Below, piece by piece: positions 8,620-16,906 of a stretch of DNA of 32,000 nucleotides (positions are counted from its first letter, which is position 1; each line of letters opens with the position of its first letter). Position numbers and translations under genes: made by a program. Under the pieces are notes generated by a model that saw nothing but the letters and a program-made list of their open reading frames with translations, was not told the DNA's origin and did no database searches. The DNA comes from Candidatus Thorarchaeota archaeon (GTDB lineage: Archaea; Asgardarchaeota; Thorarchaeia; Thorarchaeales; Thorarchaeaceae), in assembly GCA_008080745.1 (NCBI GenBank), contig SHMX01000003.1:300001-332000 (forward strand), written 5' to 3'.

Positions 8620-10437
8620 TTATATGGGAAGACCAGGAATGTCGTCTTCAATGACCTCTCCATGCTCTTTGAGAGTAGTCATAACAATATGGTAGGAACG
8701 TAAGACATCCTCACGTGAAACTGTACCAATCATAGAATCAGGATCGTTAGGGTGTGTAACAACCGCGAATCCTTGACCATGCAAAATCATGTTCTGTAAC
8801 ACCCAATCCATGGTGATATCAGGTTGTAGACGGAGAAACTCCTTCTCGATGAAGAATCGAACCTGGAGTTCACCACCCCATTTGTAATATGCCTCCTGCA
8901 TATCATCAGCATATGCAATTCCAAGTAACTGCCAGTCATCATCCACCACAGGAAGAACTTCCGCCCGAGACCTCGTCATCTCTCCCAAGGCTACCTCTAT
9001 AGGCATATCAGCTGATAGTGCCTCAGGATTTGGATTCATCATCATTCCCACCATGACTGCTTTAAGAGCATCCACGTACACTGCAGTCTGCAATTTAACG
9101 TTCTTTCGTGAGAGCTTGAGAGTATAGATGCTATCTTTCATTATCGAATGACTAACCAGATATGAGCTTGAAACCGCTATCATGAGTGGGAGCATCATCC
9201 CATAATCTCCACTCATCTCAACAATCATAATGATACAAGTGATAGGTGCATGAGCCGCTCCTGCAAACAGAGCTGCCATACCCACAAGAACGAAGGCCAT
9301 TGGAGCACCAACCGCATCCGGTGCAATAAATGCAAAAAACTCACCAAGAGCTCCTCCGAGACCCGCACCGATAAAGAGTGTTGGAGCAAATACACCGCCG
9401 GAACCACCTGATCCTACACTGAATGAAGTGGATAGCATTTTCATCACGCCGAAAACCAACAGTGAGACCCACGTAACCTGTCGAAGAAGTGCAGCATTGA
9501 CAAAAGAATATCCTGTTCCCATGACTGCAGGAGTATATGGCTCTTCATGGAATATACCATGATATCCGGAGTTTAGTTCATACCATAGTGCAATAATCCC
9601 TAATATTCCCAGTAGGACAGCACCAATTGCAGGCTTCACGTATTTGGTGACATCAAGGTCTTCAAAGAAATCTTCGAATTTGTAAAAGATAGAAACCCAC
9701 CCTTTTGATAAAACTCCAAAGATAAGACCCATTATCAGATAGAATATCAACTCAATCTCACTAGTCAATGTGAATTGAGGTGCAACAAAAGGAGCGGCAC
9801 CAGCTCCAAAAATCACATTAGAAACTGCAACAGCAAGTACTGTTGAGAGAATGATGGGAATAATAGAGATGCCCATAATCTCTCCTGCTACTACCTCGAG
9901 TCCGAACATTGCACCCCCCAAAGGTGCATTGAATATAGCAGCTATACCAGAAGCCATACCGCAAATCATGAGTGTTCGAGTCTTTTCGGTCCCAAGTTTG
10001 AGATACTTTGCAAGGGTGGAGCCAGTTCCAGACCCAATCTGAGCAATAGGACCCTCGCTTCCACATGAACCTCCAGAACCAATTAGTATAGCAGATGACA
10101 CTGCCTTCACAATTGGAACGCGAGGTCTCATTTTTCCCTTATCCATGACATAAGACATCATGATGTTGGGAATTCCATGACCCTCTGCTTCAGGTGCGTA
10201 ACGCTCCACGATAAACGCACTAACTAATGCACCAATTACTGGAACTAGTATCCACCCGAGGATTCCAATAACAGATGGGATTGAGGAAAATAGAGAACTG
10301 AGTGCTATTATTGCGTGTTTGAAAACACCAGCACCAATTCCAGATACAATACCAGTCAACGCTCCAAGAGTGTATAAGACAAGAGCATCATTGGACAGCA
10401 TCCGTTGCTTAATTTCACTTGCTTGCGTGTTCGTCAT
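8620..10437 (-). CDS. CLC-family chloride channel/H+ antiporter with two C-terminal CBS domains
   Basis: Many hydrophobic helices; GHGIP, GSEGPIAQIG, FNAPLGGAMFGLE, GGVFAP, SIYT; CBS-like C-terminus (VLPVVDD..LLGI). Confidence 0.93.
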   Translation of the reverse strand: MTNTQASEIKQRMLSNDALVLYTLGALTGIVSGIGAGVFKHAIIALSSLFSSIPSVIGILGWILVPVIGALVSAFIVERYAPEAEGHGIPNIMMSYVMDKGKMRPRVPIVKAVSSAILIGSGGSCGSEGPIAQIGSGTGSTLAKYLKLGTEKTRTLMICGMASGIAAIFNAPLGGAMFGLEVVAGEIMGISIIPIILSTVLAVAVSNVIFGAGAAPFVAPQFTLTSEIELIFYLIMGLIFGVLSKGWVSIFYKFEDFFEDLDVTKYVKPAIGAVLLGILGIIALWYELNSGYHGIFHEEPYTPAVMGTGYSFVNAALLRQVTWVSLLVFGVMKMLSTSFSVGSGGSGGVFAPTLFIGAGLGGALGEFFAFIAPDAVGAPMAFVLVGMAALFAGAAHAPITCIIMIVEMSGDYGMMLPLMIAVSSSYLVSHSIMKDSIYTLKLSRKNVKLQTAVYVDALKAVMVGMMMNPNPEALSADMPIEVALGEMTRSRAEVLPVVDDDWQLLGIAYADDMQEAYYKWGGELQVRFFIEKEFLRLQPDITMDWVLQNMILHGQGFAVVTHPNDPDSMIGTVSREDVLRSYHIVMTTLKEHGEVIEDDIPGLPI

Positions 10438-10446
10438 CCCCGATTA

Positions 10447-10459
10447 GAGATTTAATCTC
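10447..10459. promoter_or_regulatory. Perfect 6-bp inverted repeat GAGATT-T-AATCTC, 10 nt upstream of the CLC start (possible operator)
   Basis: Seen directly in the sequence; function is inferred from position only. Confidence 0.3.
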
Positions 10460-10546
10460 ATTTGTCCCCTGAGAATAAACAATACAAAAGAGAAAGTTTT
10501 CACTGATAAAGAAATCTTGCTCGAATCTCTTTAATCCACTAAATTA

Positions 10547-11086
10547 CTAAAAATCTGGTTCTAAACTGCCAGGCCAGAGCTGTTTGACCACTTCACGAAA
10601 TGTGTCAATGATTTTCTTCACACGACGAATGATCTGTTTAGCGAGATTCCCTTTACCAATCTTGAGTTTGTCACGAGCTCGACATTCTACCGCAAACATA
10701 TAATGACCAGGCTCAATATTACCAGCATTCTTCAAGACCATATGATAGGTACTTGATTCATTGAATTCTTTCATTGGACCCTTAGCAAAATCGGGACCAT
10801 ATCTTTCGAATACACCATAAGCTGCATGGAAATACCAAGTTGCGTCCAGAGAGATGGATATAGCTGAATCGTCTTGCGAATACTCGATAGCTGGGTAAAT
10901 CCAAGGAACCAATCTGAGAGCGAATACTGCTCCATTCTGAGGACCAAAAAAACCCGTATGAGGGGTTTCTCTCCAAAAGTAAGATAGACCCTTGACGAAC
11001 CCGTGCTCCACATTGAAAGTCTCTTTAAAGAACTGATCTAATTCATCCGAGTCAATAGAGATGTCAAGCATATGCTCAATACTCAT
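10547..11086 (-). CDS. Hypothetical protein, 179 aa
   Basis: Fills the gap between the CLC and V4R genes with plausible composition; no motif recognised. Confidence 0.75.
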   Translation of the reverse strand: MSIEHMLDISIDSDELDQFFKETFNVEHGFVKGLSYFWRETPHTGFFGPQNGAVFALRLVPWIYPAIEYSQDDSAISISLDATWYFHAAYGVFERYGPDFAKGPMKEFNESSTYHMVLKNAGNIEPGHYMFAVECRARDKLKIGKGNLAKQIIRRVKKIIDTFREVVKQLWPGSLEPDF

Positions 11087-11195
11087 GAACCATTTTTACT
11101 TTTCTGCCATCCTATTCGCTATGGGGTTCGATTTATCGACAGTAATAGCCCACCTAAGAAAGATTATAATCAGTTGATGGAATCAACACGATAAG

Positions 11196-11687
11196 ATGCT
11201 CGACCCTAGTGACTCACCAGATTCTAATCTGTTACATGCCTGCATGTCAATGCTTGCAACCATCAACAACGGAATGGAAGACCTTCTTGGACCTGCGTCA
11301 AAAGGTGTTATCTTCAATACAGGTGTGGAACAAGGAAAATTACTTGGAGTCAATCTCCAAAAGGCTGAAGATTTTGAAACTGCTATTGATACGGTGAATG
11401 AAGCATACAAAGGGGTATGGAATGTAGAACTATACAAGAGTATAGACCAGGACAGCTTCATTTTCGAGGACGAGATGGGCCGTGAGGCTGCCAAGATTAT
11501 AGTGAAAGACTGCCCTGTCAGAAAAGCTGTAGAACTCTGCGAATTACAGCAGGAAGGGCCAATCTGTTATCTTACAAATGGATATCTCTGCGGCATGCTC
11601 TCGCAGTTGACTGGAAAAAAGATCGGGATGGAGATTCTTAAGGCAGGACCAAAATCTTGCCTAAAACAAATCCATGTAAGGAAGTGA
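11196..11687 (+). CDS. Stand-alone V4R / methanogen-output-domain-like protein
   Basis: Helical N-terminus with G..QG..LG, then IIVKDCP...C...GPICYLTNGYLCGMLSQLTGKKI...GPKSC, the Cys pattern typical of V4R (4VR) domains. Confidence 0.75.
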   Translation: MLDPSDSPDSNLLHACMSMLATINNGMEDLLGPASKGVIFNTGVEQGKLLGVNLQKAEDFETAIDTVNEAYKGVWNVELYKSIDQDSFIFEDEMGREAAKIIVKDCPVRKAVELCELQQEGPICYLTNGYLCGMLSQLTGKKIGMEILKAGPKSCLKQIHVRK

Positions 11688-11749
11688 ACAGAAAACTAAT
11701 TCATTTGATTTCGAGTCGCAAAAGGTAGTCTCAATTGAAACTCCTAAAA

Positions 11750-12652
11750 TCACATGAATCGAATATTTTCCTTAAATTTCTCCATGACCGAGGATATAAA
11801 GTCCGAATCAGAACTATCTTGAGTTGTCAATTTAACCGATTTGTCTAATGTTAGATCGAACCCACTCTCACGGTCTATAAGAGATGTGATGTCAAAGACT
11901 GATAGCGGATTATTGTGTAGATACAAAGTCATCAGATTAGATAATTTAGATATAGGAGAGATATCTAATTCTGTCAGTTGATTATCATAAAGCCAGAGAT
12001 TCATCAGATTCCTGCAACCACTGAGTGGGTCCAAATCTATTGCGGATAGATCATTCCCATTAAGAATCAGGTTCACAAGATTGGTATTTGTTGAAAATGG
12101 TTCTAGATTCAGTTCTATAAGCTTATTCTCATCAAGGTCAACATCGGTCAATTTGGTACAAGTTGATAATGGTCCGAGATCCAGATGGGTCAGGATATTC
12201 CGTTGCAAATGGAGAGTATCCAAAATTTTGCACATAGATAAAGGTGTCAAATCAATACTTGCTAGTCTATTATCATGTAGGAGAAGAAGACAAAGAGTGT
12301 CTGAATTGGATAAAGGAGTCAAATCAATTGTCGAGAATCTGTTGTGTTCCAACCAGAGTTCAGCAAGAGGAACGCCAGTTAAAGGAGTCAGATCAATCTC
12401 GTTCAGCTGGTTGCTACTCAGATGTAATTCTCTCAAAGATTCACAATTAGAAAGGGGTCTCAAATCAACCTGCTTCAACTGATTATGTGAGAGATTAAGA
12501 ACCTTCAAGCGAGGACATTCTGAAAGGGAATCAAGATCTATCTCGGTCAGACCAATATTTGATAATATGATACGTGAAGTGTTCCTCTCTACAGATTCGG
12601 TTCTCTCTATGCCTTCTAAATCTACAAATTTGACAATTATACTATCTGACAT
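11750..12652 (-). CDS. Leucine-rich repeat protein, about 10 repeats of about 24 aa
   Basis: Unit LxxLxLxxNxLxxIDLxPLSxCxx repeated (e.g. LKVLNLSHNQLKQVDLRPLSNCES); no signal peptide. Confidence 0.93.
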   Translation of the reverse strand: MSDSIIVKFVDLEGIERTESVERNTSRIILSNIGLTEIDLDSLSECPRLKVLNLSHNQLKQVDLRPLSNCESLRELHLSSNQLNEIDLTPLTGVPLAELWLEHNRFSTIDLTPLSNSDTLCLLLLHDNRLASIDLTPLSMCKILDTLHLQRNILTHLDLGPLSTCTKLTDVDLDENKLIELNLEPFSTNTNLVNLILNGNDLSAIDLDPLSGCRNLMNLWLYDNQLTELDISPISKLSNLMTLYLHNNPLSVFDITSLIDRESGFDLTLDKSVKLTTQDSSDSDFISSVMEKFKENIRFM

Positions 12653-12886
12653 ACCTGTACTATCCTATTTTGATATGCAATATGGATAAATGAATGATGT
12701 GATGATTTCGATATCATTTGACCATGACACAATTACTAATGCCAACGCATCTATTCTTTTATATACGAAGAATAATTTTCTGAGAATTAGAAAATTCAAG
12801 TGATACGCTTGATCATCAGACCGGACTAAAAAGCCCTAAAGCAGGTTCTAGTTACCTTCCCAGATATTTTTTATCCGACCTCAAGG

Positions 12887-12894
12887 TTTTTATA
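12887..12894 (+). promoter_or_regulatory. Putative archaeal TATA box (TTTTTATA) of the thermosome gene
   Basis: TATA-like octamer 134 nt upstream of the ATG, directly followed by repeated palindromic motifs. Confidence 0.45.
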
Positions 12895-12895
12895 C

Positions 12896-12951
12896 GAAGT
12901 GCATGCACAGTTTTATTGAGTGTGCATGCTGAAGTGCATGTACAGTTTTAT
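12896..12951. repeat. Direct and inverted repeat array (GAAGTGCATGYACAGTTTTAT x2; three GTGCATG cores)
   Basis: 12896-12916 and 12931-12951 are 20/21 identical; GCATGCACA (12901-12909) and TGTGCATGC (12921-12929) are reverse complements. Confidence 0.85.
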
Positions 12952-13027
12952 CATACGATACTAATGCTATGCCACCGTGAGAAGGTGGATAGCACAACAA
13001 GAAAGTAAAGATTAAGGGGAAACGAAA

Positions 13028-14710
13028 ATGGCACAGTTGTCAGGAACTCCCGTACTTATCCTTAAGGAAGGTACATCACGTACGCGCGGAAAAAGCGCCC
13101 AATCCAACAACATCATGGCCGGTATTGTCATCTCCGACGCAATCAAATCCACCCTTGGACCTCGAGGCATGGATAAGATGCTCGTAGATTCTCTTGGTGA
13201 CGTCACAATAACCAATGACGGCGCCAGCATACTAAAAGAGATAGATGTACAGCACCCAGCTGCAAAGATGCTTGTTGAAGTTTCAAAGAGTCAAGACCAG
13301 GAGACTGGTGACGGAACCACAACTTCCGTTGTCATCGCTGGCGAGTTGCTTAAGAGAGCACAGGATCTTTTAGAAAAGAAGATTCACCCAACCATCATAG
13401 TAGGCGGATATCAGAAAGCAGCCGATAAGGCTACCGAGATTTTGAAAGAACTATCCGTATCGATGGAGGGTATGGACAAGAAAATCCTAGAGGGAATTGC
13501 TAGCACCTCAATGAACAGCAAGTCCATCTCAGGTTCAAAAGATCATTTTGCAAAGATTGCAGTTGAAGCAGTACTACAGATTGCAGAAGAAGTAGACGGC
13601 AAGACTGTGGCTGACATCGACATGATTGAGATTATCAAGAAGCAAGGTAAGAGCCTCACTGAGACCGAACTCGTCAAGGGTATGGTTGTAGACAAAGAGG
13701 TTGTCCACGCTTCAATGCCACGAAAGGTTGAGGGAGCAAAGATTGCTCTAATCAACGCTGCTATCGAGGTTGAGAAGACCGAGTTCGATGCGGAGATTAA
13801 GATTGACAGTCCAGACCAAATCAAGGCATTCCTCGATGAGGAAGAGCGCATGCTCAAGGCAATGGTAGACAAGATTACCAACACTGGTGCTAATGTTCTC
13901 ATTTGCCAGAAGGGCATCGATGATGTTGCTCAGCACTACCTCGCAAAGGCTGGAGTCATGGCTATTAGAAGAGCAAAGAAGAGCACCTTGGAAAAACTAG
14001 CAAAGGCTACTGGTGCAAAGGTTGTATCCAATCTTAGCGAGCTCCTCGAGTCAGCAGAGAACCCAGACGAGATTCTCGGAACTGCAGGTCTTGTTGAAGA
14101 GGTACGAATTGGTGACGACAAGTTAGTCTATGTAAAGGACTGCGCAGATCCTAAGGCAGTATCCATCGTTATTCGCGGTGGTACAGAGCACGTTGTTGAC
14201 GAGGCAGATAGAGCTCTACATGACTCACTCTGTGTGGTCAGAAATGTTGTAGAAGACGGCACTTATGTTGCAGGTGGAGGTTCAATCGAGGCAGAGATAG
14301 CCAAGAGATTGGACGTATTCGCTTCAAGCGCAGAAGGCCGTGAACAGCTAGCAATCGAAGCATTTGCTGAGTCACTACGGATTGTACCCAAGACACTCGC
14401 TGAGAATGGCGGTCATGATCCCATTGATATCATCACAGCACTCACTCAAGAACACTCAACAGAGAAAGGTCTCTGGGTTGGTGTAGACGTAATCAAGGGT
14501 AAAGCTTCTGACATGATGAAGGCTGGAGTTATCGAGCCATCACGTGTGAAGATGCAAGCTATTCGCTCTGCTTCAGAGGCAGCCCAGATGATTCTACGAA
14601 TCGACGATGTCATTGCAGCTAAGGCTGGCGCAGCACCACCAGGCGGCGGAATGCCCGGTGGTATGGGTGGAATGCCAGGCGGCATGGGCGGAATGCCCGG
14701 CATGATGTAA
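13028..14710 (+). CDS. ths: Thermosome subunit (group II chaperonin)
   Basis: STLGPRGMDKMLV, ITNDGASILKE, GDGTTT, IRGG, GGGSIE, VIEPSRVK, LRIDDVI; C-terminal GGM repeats; AAGGGG ribosome-binding site. Confidence 0.98.
   Translation: MAQLSGTPVLILKEGTSRTRGKSAQSNNIMAGIVISDAIKSTLGPRGMDKMLVDSLGDVTITNDGASILKEIDVQHPAAKMLVEVSKSQDQETGDGTTTSVVIAGELLKRAQDLLEKKIHPTIIVGGYQKAADKATEILKELSVSMEGMDKKILEGIASTSMNSKSISGSKDHFAKIAVEAVLQIAEEVDGKTVADIDMIEIIKKQGKSLTETELVKGMVVDKEVVHASMPRKVEGAKIALINAAIEVEKTEFDAEIKIDSPDQIKAFLDEEERMLKAMVDKITNTGANVLICQKGIDDVAQHYLAKAGVMAIRRAKKSTLEKLAKATGAKVVSNLSELLESAENPDEILGTAGLVEEVRIGDDKLVYVKDCADPKAVSIVIRGGTEHVVDEADRALHDSLCVVRNVVEDGTYVAGGGSIEAEIAKRLDVFASSAEGREQLAIEAFAESLRIVPKTLAENGGHDPIDIITALTQEHSTEKGLWVGVDVIKGKASDMMKAGVIEPSRVKMQAIRSASEAAQMILRIDDVIAAKAGAAPPGGGMPGGMGGMPGGMGGMPGMM
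14640..14707 (+). repeat. Coding repeat of the chaperonin tail (GGGMPGGMGGMPGGMGGMPGMM)
   Basis: Repeated GG(C/T)GGAATGCC units. Confidence 0.85.
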
Positions 14711-14726
14711 TAATAGAAAATTCTTT

Positions 14727-14758
14727 GGAGCCCTCTGGGCTCCCAACTATTCTTTTTT
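14727..14758 (+). terminator. Hairpin plus T-tract terminator after the thermosome gene
   Basis: GGAGCCC-TCT-GGGCTCC (perfect 7-bp stem) followed by CAACTATTCTTTTTT. Confidence 0.7.
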
Positions 14759-14775
14759 GAGAGGAACCGATTGAA

Positions 14776-15642
14776 ATGGTAGAAAGAATTCTGCTTACAG
14801 GAATGCTCAGTTTTGAGTCAGGTAAGACTCATGTAGCAAAACAACTTGCTGCACGATTTCATTCAGAGGGATTGAAAGTAGAATATTTCAAACCAATAAG
14901 TGGTCATAACTTCTGGTACCGATATGAGCACTCAAAGCAATGTATCGAACGAGAACAGCTCGTTTCAAAGGATGCCACGAGAGTTCGCGAGATTATTAAA
15001 CCGTCCACTGCAGCAGAGATGGCAAATCCGATACATAGATTGTTTGTTCCAATGATTATTACCAGACCCGGGGAAATTCTTCATAATACTCTTGGGTTAG
15101 CTGGATGGGATTCTATTTTTGCTATCCAGAGGTTCTCAACCCCTCAGGAAAATGGGATAACACACGTCTTCTTGGTTGCTCGTTCACTAATAGATCAGGA
15201 CAACCTCATTATTCGTTCAGAAGATATACGGTCATTGGTGGGGGAGAATAAAGTAATACCTGTTGAAAATATGGAACAAGTACAGAACTTTGAAAACGCG
15301 TATTATGAGACTACTGTAGACTCTGCCTTTCGTAGAGTTGAGAGGGACTCTGATGTTGTGATAATAGAGTCATTCAACGACTCCATTTGGCCCTGGGAAG
15401 GGTTAGATAATGTAGATCAAGTATATGTAATCGGTCCGGGACAGATGTTTCGATATGATCCAGAGAAGTTTAGAAAAGCATCATTTCTAATGCATAGAGA
15501 GCCAGCACCAATACGCTCAGTCACATTAGGTAGAATCTCAGACTTAATGAAACCTCTCGAAAGAATATCGCTGCATCTTGGAACTGGAATAGATAAAGTC
15601 TACATGGATAAGATTGTAGTGATGTCAAATAAAGGACTATAA
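14776..15642 (+). CDS. Predicted P-loop NTPase (COG4028-like; BioD/CobQ/PTA-N-like superfamily)
   Basis: N-terminal ILLTGMLSFESGKT Walker A variant, YFKP motif, VVIIESFND Walker B-like. Confidence 0.7.
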   Translation: MVERILLTGMLSFESGKTHVAKQLAARFHSEGLKVEYFKPISGHNFWYRYEHSKQCIEREQLVSKDATRVREIIKPSTAAEMANPIHRLFVPMIITRPGEILHNTLGLAGWDSIFAIQRFSTPQENGITHVFLVARSLIDQDNLIIRSEDIRSLVGENKVIPVENMEQVQNFENAYYETTVDSAFRRVERDSDVVIIESFNDSIWPWEGLDNVDQVYVIGPGQMFRYDPEKFRKASFLMHREPAPIRSVTLGRISDLMKPLERISLHLGTGIDKVYMDKIVVMSNKGL

Positions 15643-15676
15643 GAGAAGTAAATGCATATTGAAATGGTGACCGTAT

Positions 15677-16627
15677 ATGGCTGATGAAGATTTGATTTGG
15701 GAATTGATAATTGTTGGTGGTGGACCAGCGGGTATGACTGCTGCCATCTATGGAGCAAGATATGGACTAAAGACACTCCTTTTAGAAGAGAAAGTTCTTG
15801 GCGGAGCTCAGGCAACAAGCCCAGGGATAGAGAACTATCCGGGATTCACATTCATTGTTGGATTAGATCTGGCAAACAAGATGAAAGAACAGGTTAAAAA
15901 ATGCGGAGCTAAGATACGGGAAATAACAGAAGTCAAGAAGATTTCTCGAGAAGATAAAGAAGGGGACTTCATATTAGAAACCAGGCGTGGAAATTATCGA
16001 GCGCAAGCGGTTGTATATGCAACCGGAGGAGGACACAGAAAGCTCGGTGTGCCTGGAGAGGACACCTATGAAGGAAGAGGAGTTTCATTCTGTGCTACTT
16101 GTGATGGCCCACTATTTCGTGATAAGGAGTTGGTAGTAGTGGGTGGAGGCAATACTGCAGTCACCGAGGCACTATATCTTGAAGAACTTGCCTCCAAAGT
16201 ATACCTTGTTCATAGACGAGATGAGCTTCGAGCAGAACAGGCCCTTCAGAATCAGATTTTCAAGTCAGACATTACTATTCTATGGGATACGATTGTTACA
16301 GAGTTTAAAGGTGACAATATCCTCAATAACGTAGTTATTCAAGATGTGAAGACCAAAGAAACACGGGAGCTTGAGGTGGATGGTGCTTTCGTTGCATTAG
16401 GTTCCAACCCCGCAAGTGACCTTGTCAAGCCACTTGGAGTGGAGATGAATGAAAAAGGAGAGATCTACGTCAATGCTCATATGGCAACAAACGTTCCAGG
16501 GCTCTTTGCAGCAGGGGATGTCGTAGAATCTATGAAACAAATCACAGTAGCAGTAGGACATGGGGCGATTGCAGCTGATTCCGCATATACCTATATCAGA
16601 AGAGTTCAACGTGGACCCCTGGACTAA
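15677..16627 (+). CDS. trxB: Thioredoxin-disulfide reductase
   Basis: GGGPAG, GRGVSFCATCDG (CxxC), GGGNTA, HRRDELRA, GLFAAGDV. Confidence 0.95.
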   Translation: MADEDLIWELIIVGGGPAGMTAAIYGARYGLKTLLLEEKVLGGAQATSPGIENYPGFTFIVGLDLANKMKEQVKKCGAKIREITEVKKISREDKEGDFILETRRGNYRAQAVVYATGGGHRKLGVPGEDTYEGRGVSFCATCDGPLFRDKELVVVGGGNTAVTEALYLEELASKVYLVHRRDELRAEQALQNQIFKSDITILWDTIVTEFKGDNILNNVVIQDVKTKETRELEVDGAFVALGSNPASDLVKPLGVEMNEKGEIYVNAHMATNVPGLFAAGDVVESMKQITVAVGHGAIAADSAYTYIRRVQRGPLD

Positions 16628-16906
16628 CCAGAGAAATCAAGAAAACCTCAGAGGGTCTATTTCAGCCAGAATGTTTCGTTTAAACCTCTTACCTTGTGAT
16701 GGCAATACAGGTAGTATCAGATACATCGAAAAACAGATTTGAAAATATCAAGTGGTAAGCAATCTCACTATAAAATTGAAAAAGAGTAGCCCTTTAATCA
16801 GTACAATCTTTGGTAAGGGGGAAACGTTAATAACGTTGCCTTAGTCCGAGGCTCAACGCGTTACGCTGAGAGGCAAAACGACAGGAAAATCGACTGTGAT
16901 GTCCCT

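Noticed and set aside
10438-10546. Fluoride riboswitch upstream of the CLC gene
   Set aside because: No GGCGATGG...TGA-type consensus on the minus strand, and the protein lacks fluoride-CLC motifs
11125-11132. GGTTCGAT resembling a tRNA T-loop
   Set aside because: No flanking T-stem, acceptor stem or cloverleaf
12690-12803. 37-codon ORF (MNDVMISISFDHD...) in the LRR-thermosome spacer
   Set aside because: No RBS or motif; short ORFs of this size are expected by chance in AT-rich spacers
12896-12951. 21-bp repeats with a 14-nt gap as a possible mini-CRISPR
   Set aside because: Only two copies, the spacer is too short and itself contains the repeat core, and no cas genes are present; better explained as an operator
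15677-16742. Selenocysteine read-through in thioredoxin reductase (Asgard archaea can use Sec)
   Set aside because: Low-molecular-weight TrxB with CATC, ending at TAA; no in-frame TGA. I found no TGA-split ORF elsewhere in the window.
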